From the IMG/VR virus record IMGVR_UViG_3300009104_001827, positions 147,118 through 211,117 of that record: a stretch of 64,000 nucleotides of DNA; one strand, written 5' to 3'. Position 1 is the stretch's first letter. Each line of letters begins with the position of its first letter. This document shows, one piece after another, positions 47,201 through 56,200 of this stretch. Below the pieces are notes generated by a model that worked only from the letters and a program-made list of their open reading frames with translations, was not told the origin of the DNA and did no database searches. The translations under genes were made by a program, and so were the position numbers.

Positions 47201-50200
47201 CCTCATATAGGTTTGACTGACATACTTATTACGGAACCATTCGCTTTTCGCCAGGGTCCTTCGCTCAAGGGTCGACTTATGCCTGATGGCCCCGTATCGA
47301 GTGGCTCGATCTGCTTCCGTCAGGGGCCCTGCCCAATGCAGCTTTGCATATTCTTCGCCCGTCATCCAAGGGTAGAGTTCTTCTCTAGCATCAGCTACGT
47401 CAGTCCAAACATTCATATAATAATCCCAGTCGGTTTGGTCGCCATACCAAGTATAACCGGCGTAATCCTCCTTTTGTTCGTAGTCCTCTAAGGGGTATGG
47501 AAGTATCCCGGTCACCATATCTGTACTAAGTTTTCCGGCAGCACCACCAATTCCATTTCCAGCCCGGTGCTGGATCCGATATTCAGTTTTAACCTCCGCG
47601 TCCTCAGTCCATATCTCTGCGCCATATCCTAACAATAATGGAGCGTTTATGGTAAGGTTGGTCACCAGTAGTCCTGCAGGGTTATTAACGTTCCCCGCAT
47701 TTTTCACATACATCACCAATGCATTATTTCCTGCCGCTCCAGCTCCAGCCCTAAAGATATTACTAGCCCCGATGCCCTGGGGTCCGATGTCTATGGAGTT
47801 AAGCTCCCCAAACCACCCCCCATACCAGGCTGCGGTCACAGGCTTGCAGGAAACGCTATATATAAAAGCTGTCGAGTCACTCGAGGTAGTGTGGCATATA
47901 AATTCTACGCTGTGAGAGGTATGCGTGGCGACGAAAGTAAACTTTGTTTCCGTCCATCCAGACCCCAAATCTCCGACGTCAATGGCTTGGTGCCCACTTC
48001 CTGCATAATCGTTAACTAGATTTCCTCCTTGTACCGCTTCTAAGTTGTCAACAGTCGCGGTCGGCACGCCTCCCTCCCACGCCCAAATTATTGCTCCAAC
48101 ATCAGGCTCGGAGTAGGCGGTCCGGTATGAGACAAAAAACCGCACCTCATATTTCTGGCCCACCGTCAGGGGTTTTGGATAATTCGGCCCATACCTTTCT
48201 GCACTCAGTTCAGATCCTTGATGCCACTGAGTGAAGCCTGCTCCGCCAAGCTTGTCGGGATTCCATGTTCCAAGCTGAACGTATTCATTAACCGATGGGT
48301 TGAGGGATCCGGAGTCTTTATGGCCCCCGAATCCATATGTGTTAGGCGTATAATCATACCCCCAGGGCACGAGGTGCAATCTTGCCGCGCCACTGAGGCC
48401 TCCTGTTTCAACATGAGACTGTAACCCCCAATAATAATTCGCGCCCCCGTATTTACTTCGCATCACGCCTGGCTCAGTGTCGTAGCCCAACTGGCGCGAT
48501 CCCCACGCACTGCAATTGTCCTGTATAATTACAACCTTGGCGAAATTATAAACCCCCATACAGGCCAAATCAGAGAGGCTTGGCTTATTGGAGTTGTCCC
48601 AGGTGGTCGGATGATTTGGCCGGCTATAGTCGTAGCTTTTGTCAAGCAAATTACTGAGATATTCAAAACGGTTACCGTGGTTATCCAGATGCAATTCTAG
48701 CGTCTGAGCCACGTAGTGGGTCGTTTGGTTTAATTGTTCATACGCTGGATAATGCATCCCGTGGTCGCGAAGCTCCTCATCCAAGTTTGAGCCACTCGCC
48801 CCAAACCAAGATGTTGCAGTATTCCCAAACCCGTCCCTGTCGTTATTCTCCCCCCAAAAAGTCCCCCATTTTGTAACTCCGGGTAAAATTTGTTGTTCCC
48901 CAGATTTGCGAGCATGATCGTGCCAGTATGTGGTATACTTGGGGTTGCCGTTGTTGTCCACAAAATCCGGATGATCCTCTAGCCATAACCACACGTTGGC
49001 AGTCCAGTTGTCGGGAAATAATGGTCGCCACCCAAAAAGGTACTGGTGGCCATTGCCACCAGCATAACCAAGCATAGACTTATTAAAGTCCCAATTAGTC
49101 AGGTAAGATGTTGTCTCCCATTCCTCACCAGTAACCAAGTCGGGATTTATGCTGTGCCACCCGGCCTCACTGTGGATTTGAATATCCAGCATTGTATTAT
49201 CCACTGCGAAGTCGAATGACACTGTAACCTGTGATACATCAATTCCTTCATCAAGGTGAAAGGCTTGATAGAAAACGGGAGTGGCTTGCGGCCATAAAGT
49301 CGGCACCCCACCTTGTTCACTCCACCAAACCCCCACCCAGCTACTTCCTTCTGGCGCATCCAGCCAGTTCCCCGGAATAAGATTGTTTGGTATCCAGGCC
49401 GCTGGGTAGAGGGGGTCGTTCGCCGTTGCGGGTAACACGCCGTTGGGCTGCACAGACCAAGCGGTATCCTTTTTGCTGTCGGAAGAATATTGGCCCCCAA
49501 ACTGGACCCCAGTATTATAAATGTTAATCTCTTTGTGAGATTCTCGCTGAGTCAGTACGGACCATACCGCAACATCAGCGGGGGTTTTGTCCACCGTAGT
49601 AGTGACGGCTCCCTTGGCATATTGTTTATCAAATTCGTTGGAATTATAATAGGTTGCGGTGCTCGCCCTCCAATATCCATTATAGAACCAAATTAAATTA
49701 TCTACATTTGCAACGTGCCTATATACCGGGTAACCACCGGTTGGACTGGGGAGGTCGACCTTCCGGTACGATCCCGCAATCCCCACGCTGGGGTCACTGA
49801 TGGTTGTGCCGTCCTGACGGATTACATTTCCACCAAAGAACTCAATGGAACCCCAGTCTTCTTCAGCGATCCTTTTAACATCTGGATTTAAACCATTGCT
49901 GTCCGTAGCAACATAGGCTGGCCCCGTGTTTGGCCAATATTTATGGAGATAATTATTGTTTAAATTATCGAAATTTGTGCTGGCTGCATCCTGGGTAACC
50001 AGCGGGGTGATACTCTCGCTTACGCTATTCCACTCGCCAGGAATAACTCCAGGAAAGGTGTGGGCTCCAGCGCCTTGATCCCCAATTTTACTCCAAAGGG
50101 AGCCCGAGTAGGATACATATTGACCGTTAACATAATCTATATGTTCTATATATGGCTCCCAGGTTTCTCCGTAGGCAATATTGCCTTGTATTAGCGATCC

Positions 50201-53200
50201 ATATTTTACGGCTTCCCCACCCGCAAATGGGTCGGGATCGCGGTCCGTCATATGATGAATCAGGCCCCAGTTGTCATTTTGCCAAAGTTCATTTACCGTT
50301 AAATCTCCGAACGAATCAAAGGTATCGCTCCCACCATGGAACATAACATTATCCGCTCGCCTGACCTCGCCATGGGTTGCTTCGCTGTGGAAATCCAAGC
50401 CTTGCACCGGGATGTCCTTGCACCCTATAATTGACCCTAGGATTTTTACATCGCCGTCTTCTGTGACGTAGATCGTAGAATGCTCATTTGTTGACGCCCA
50501 AACAACATTATCATCTGTTAATTTTACCGGAAACGGGACCGCCGGAGCATTGCGGTTTGCAGCCAATTTAAGGCAGTTCGCCCTAAGATTATTGTCATCG
50601 TTATTATTGAGAGAGTGCTGACTCGGGCGATCCATGTATGAATAATTTGCTCGATCCTTAAGCCTATACATCGCAAGGGCGAGGCATTCAGTGCCAGATA
50701 CCGTCATGGTCTTGCTATCGTGGAAGTAATCTATAACGCAATGATTTTTGTGCGATCCCCCGTAAGGCAGGTCTAGATCTGGCCAGCCTATGTACTCCCA
50801 TTTGGGACTAATCCCCGGCTCGTCTTCCGGAAGGGCGTTTTCGATGGAGACCCATCGTTCGCCCAAATGCTCCCTTTCCTTAAACCAACTAATGGACTCA
50901 TTATCGGTCCACGGAGCTGCTTCGCGGGCTCCATTGTATTTCTTGTCGTGCCCCCACCAGCTCCGCTCATTCCAATCCGGGGTGCCCCATTCGCGCGTAG
51001 TGTTAAAGCGGTCCCCATCGTCCCATTGAGACGTTGGGTACAAATTCTGAAATTTACCATGTGGCCACGAGATGCCGTTCCAGGAAGTGAGCTTGTTGGA
51101 AATTTCCGCATTATCCCGATACGGAAAAAGCCAAGCTGGAACCATCCACCCTCTGTCATTTTGTACGGCCGCCCCCGCCATATGTCGCTCTTTGCTCCCC
51201 TCAAACCCTGCGACAACAAAATGTTCCCTCTTCTTCGTCGCAGAATTATCGGTATCTGTGCCGCCATAAAATTCCCAAGCGGGCTTTATCATCATGGTAG
51301 AAAGACTCTTAGCGTACTCCGATGTACCATCGAGAGAGAACGAGACATCATAAGCACCCTCCGCTCCGGATCGAGCCTGTCTTGCGAATGGAATATAGTC
51401 CTCAGAGTTGAGAATAAAATGAGTATTTACGACCTTGGGAACGCCCCGGTTGTCAGGCTTATCAAACCCGACGCATTCAATCCCCCCTTCTTTCCAGAAG
51501 TTTATATTGTCGTACCACGGAAGAATTCTTCCTGCGATTTTTAATTGCTCCTGAGAGGCCCACCAAGGTGTCACGCCAGCAGGATATAACTCTTCCTCCG
51601 GAATCCATGTTACATTATTATGCAAATAGGAATCTTGCTCGGCGCTAGTCTTATCGAACCAGTCTAACGGAAATGTGGCCCATGCCATCCTCTCCCATTG
51701 CGGGGCAGGGTTAGCCCGGTTATGATCTTTTGTTAGGTACGTCGCCCACCCCGCAAGGTGGGGGTCGTTTTTATTGCTTGCAATTGGGTCGCCTGCGGCG
51801 TGGTTAAAGTTGGCATATGATAAAAGGTCGAATCTGTCTTCGGCATCAATCAAATCATGAGACCAATCTCCCCAGTCTTCGGGATCGTCGCTAGAGCTAT
51901 TGAAGCTTTTATCTGTGATGCCTAGGGAGTTGTTTTCGTTCTTCCCGAATCCATATAGCTTCTTGTCTGTAGTAATAAATACGGTATTACCTCCCCCAGA
52001 CCTAACGAAATCTATGTCGGGTTCTGGGTCTAATAAGGTATCAGTCGTGCCGTTCGCGTATATTTTTACCCTTTGCAGCTCGTCGTCTTGTGCGTCCTTC
52101 AATGGGGCACACATATTATGCTTTCCAAACGTATCTAAGTTCCATTCTAAATTTGAACCGTAATATGTTTCAGGTTTGCCGTCAATTTTCTTATAATTAC
52201 TAATTCCGAGGTACCCCAACTCGGAGCTGTCCATTCCAGAGGCATACAGCTTATTATTTGAGATCATGAATCTATTTTGCCAGCCCAAACCAGCAGAAAC
52301 GGCATAGGTTTTGCTAACGGCATTATTTACGTCAAGATACGTATCTGCGTCCACATCCGGAGCCGCGCCACTTACGTTTGTAATCTTAACTGACATTGGG
52401 AGGATCGCCGTGTTCTGTAGTCCCGCAAATGAATTGCCCAATTTAAATTCTGAAACGAACCCTAAATTCCCCCTCAAGACCGTGGGCGAATTAAAGGCAT
52501 AATTAAATAAATCAACATCTTTCCTTTGTGTGCCCCCAGGGTTCTCATTAGAGAAAAGGGATAACGTCAATTCTTTTGTTGAACTCATATAGCTCTGGCC
52601 ATCAACGGCTTGCATCTCGAATGAGATATTAATATTCAAGCCGGAATTGGTAAATATATTTGACATGTTATCAAATGGCCTCAAAAGATATTCGCTTTCG
52701 CCATGAGTGGAGTCGAGTATATTTTCTGCGCTGGGACTAACTCCTCCCGCTGGTTCGCCTGAAGCATTATGAGCGTCTAAGCATGAATAAAATACCATTA
52801 CGTCATTTGATTGGCTCAGCTCGTTTTGCGTCGGCAAACTTCCGGAATCCTCATTGGAGTTCCACACCACACCTCTTTCCTTCGCGTAGACTATATCTCC
52901 CAATTCATAGGGTAAGTTATTTTTCCATTCATCCACTCGCTGCCACATGGATTCAAACAAAGACGGCTGAACGCCAGAAGACGCGCGCCGAGCGTAATAT
53001 AATATATTTAGTTCCTTTGTGAAATCTCCGGTGTCGAATGATTGATCGTGGGTCCAGGGAGCAATCTCTCCCTCTGGTCCGCTGATGTTTTTCCATTTTG
53101 GCATTACCTGCAATTTATCTCCAAGCTGCTCAAGCAGTCCTATATTAGATCCGTTGTTTTCTATTTTGAGTATTGAAGAATTTTTATGGGACACTTCATC

Positions 53201-56200
53201 GTATTGGTATTCAATTTTACTATTCATGCCGCCCAACAAAGAATCTGAATCGAGGAGCGACTCACTAATAATCCTTGATGCATACTCCACAGGTCGAACA
53301 AATACCCAAGATTCACTCACGCCAGGTACTTGGCCTGCGGGGATATCAGTATCGGCTTGCCACACATAGGTGCCATCGTGCACTGCCTCGTCAGCGGAGT
53401 AGGCCTGGTTGGAAAGCCACTGAGATGGTTCGCCGATCCTTATGTAGGGACTTTCCATAATCCCTGCGTATGTCAGTCCAAAATCAGAATAAGAATCGCC
53501 GGTGTTTATCGGCAACCTTAGGTATCTTCCTAAAACATTAGCATTGGACATAGAGGAAATAAACCCAGAGTAGGTCGTAAAGTTATTCCCGTCCGCCCCC
53601 TTTAGCTGGGGGATTAGTTTAATTGTTTGATTGGAATTGATGCTGATTTCCCCACCATCATATATTGCGCCATGATTTGGATGGCCAGTATCGGCGTTTC
53701 CTCCAGTATATATTTCAGTTGTTAACTCTATTGTTGGAGGGTATGACTCATCCTCTTTAACGAACTTAATTGGATTTACATCGCCCACTCCTCGACTATC
53801 GAGATTAAATCCTGCGTCGAGATTGAAGTCGATATCACTATCAATCGAGTCCACCCAACCCCTGAAGGCCCGTATGGCAGGATGCCTATCTTCATCTTGA
53901 TTATTCTCGTTAAGTGGGTGTGGAAGGTCTCCCGAAGAAAGGGTGTCGCCTTCTGCCCTCAGATCAACGTTCCAGTCCTCATAGTTAACACTTACATAGT
54001 CAAGCGATGCCAAAAACAAAGGGCTATCTGCATCCGGAACGCCGCCGACCCAAGTATCTATCATATGTGTTGTGGGATATTTTATTCTTGGAGTCCAGAA
54101 CTTCGCATTGTTGCCGGAGGCATCATAGGTTTTTAATCTTGGCCCAAAAATATCCAGCCTAGAGTTGAAGGCTTCAGACACGGCGTATTCGCTTGAACCT
54201 TCGGCCTTATGTATAAAATCAAAATCTCCTTCAGTTAAAAAGTATTGTGGCTCCACGCCAGCAGCGATCTCCTCTGAAGATGGATAGGTGCGATCAAGGT
54301 CAAATTCCCTACGCGCCACCGGCTGCCAATATTCACTAGGACGAATAACCAATGTATAGTTGCTCGTAAATCCACTCATAGTCCCGGAATTTATCGACAC
54401 GGGGAATTCGTAGATTTTTTTACCGACATACCCGGAAATGTCAGCCTTATATTGAAGGCCCTCTATAACGGTTGAGTTTTGCAAGTTCCCTTCCAAAACA
54501 AAATTATCATCCAATAGGGGAGTTGCATCCGAGACATAACAGAACTGTTTAATTTTAACCCGCCATTCATTGTCGTCCATTTTTACGGCGTCACCAATTC
54601 GATAGTAATTTTCATAGGTAAGATCATATGAATAATTATCCGAACCAAAGAGGTCCCTCTGTCGAATTTTGAATTTTCCATCCAATTCCTCCAACCCGTA
54701 ATATTGAGCGTAAGCCCTTCCTCGATTGTCATTATTTGCGGGATCGACATTAGGGTCAATGCGCTCTGCGGTAAATTCGTTCTCGGTAATTTCGAGCCAA
54801 GTCGTTTCGGCATATAAGTTCTTTCCTCTAAATCTGGAATATTGTAGATCTTCTACTAGGTTCGATAAAAAATACGCCGTCTCACTTGCGGACTCTTTTG
54901 GAAATATCCCAGGAACAATCCCCACACCGGCCGGATCTGCAGGAGAATCTGTATCCTTTATGCACTGAAAGCAATATGAGGCGACCGCTGCGTCTGCCTT
55001 AAGAAATAAAAACTCAGCACTATCCAAAAGGTTCGTATTCTCATCTGTGGGATAGCGCCCGGCCCACTCCTGGTAGGTCAGGCTTTCCCCCGAATTCGGG
55101 TCGACCATAGTAGGGGTTTTCTCCTTAAGTGTGACAAGATCTCCGACCTTGTAATTTTCGGCCTGCTCCATATCCCACGGAGCTATATCATACAATCTTT
55201 CAGACATTAATCCAAGTCCGCTTGCTCCATCAAGAGAATTAAACCACTGAAGTCCTAGCGTAATCCCCGATTTGTTATTCGGGGGAGAAGTAGATAGGCC
55301 CGTCTGTGACGACTTAAAGATTTTAACCCAACCATCGTAGAGGGTAATCTGAGTAACCATGGATAATGGTGAAATCGCGGTATTGCTGAGAATACTTAGC
55401 CTGGTCCACTTCTCTTTGTTTAAAATTGGATCGTTATCTGCCGATGCCCCCATCGAGACATTAGCCTTAAAGAATAAATTTAAATGTAATGGAAAAAAGT
55501 TTTCATTATCATTCTTTAGGGATTTGTAATATATTTTTGCTCCGTCGTCTTGATATACGTATACTGTGTTATGCTCGTTTCCCGGAGAAACCCATTCAGA
55601 ATATACTTTCTCTTGTCTCCAGGCATCACACGCGATTGCTGTGGTCACCTCCCACCAATCTTCCCGTGGGACCCTAGTCATATTGCCTCCGGAATATTCC
55701 TTGGTATCATTCCATTCAGGTATATTTGCCAAGGTCTGAACGTTGCCCTGGGGATTTCCCGTACGATCAACAGTTAAACTGAAAATAGATTCCTGCTGGA
55801 GGTCCGATCGCCCCAAATCTATAAAGTGTTTTGCCTCAAATAAATTTTGCGATGTATCCGCATCAATCGTAGTCGACAAAACCTGATTGCCATCGGCAGT
55901 AAGATCTTTAAACTTACTACCGTCAAAACCCTTAAAGCCAGTCTGAAGCAACCCTAATGCTGCACTAAACTCTGAATCCGACATCTCGTCAGTTCTTTTT
56001 AGAATAGGCAGAAAAGCGGCGTCAACGTGAGAATTGATAAATTTCTTGCCTTCATTCTCGATCTGATCTGCCCTGCCGAGCTTGTTGCCTAATATTAAAT
56101 AGTGACAGGGGTTGTCTCCACTAACCGAGGCGCTACCGGTTATAGTCTTAATTGAGAGCAATTTGGTCAAAGCCTGATCCTGGGTGCTGGACTCAAGTTC

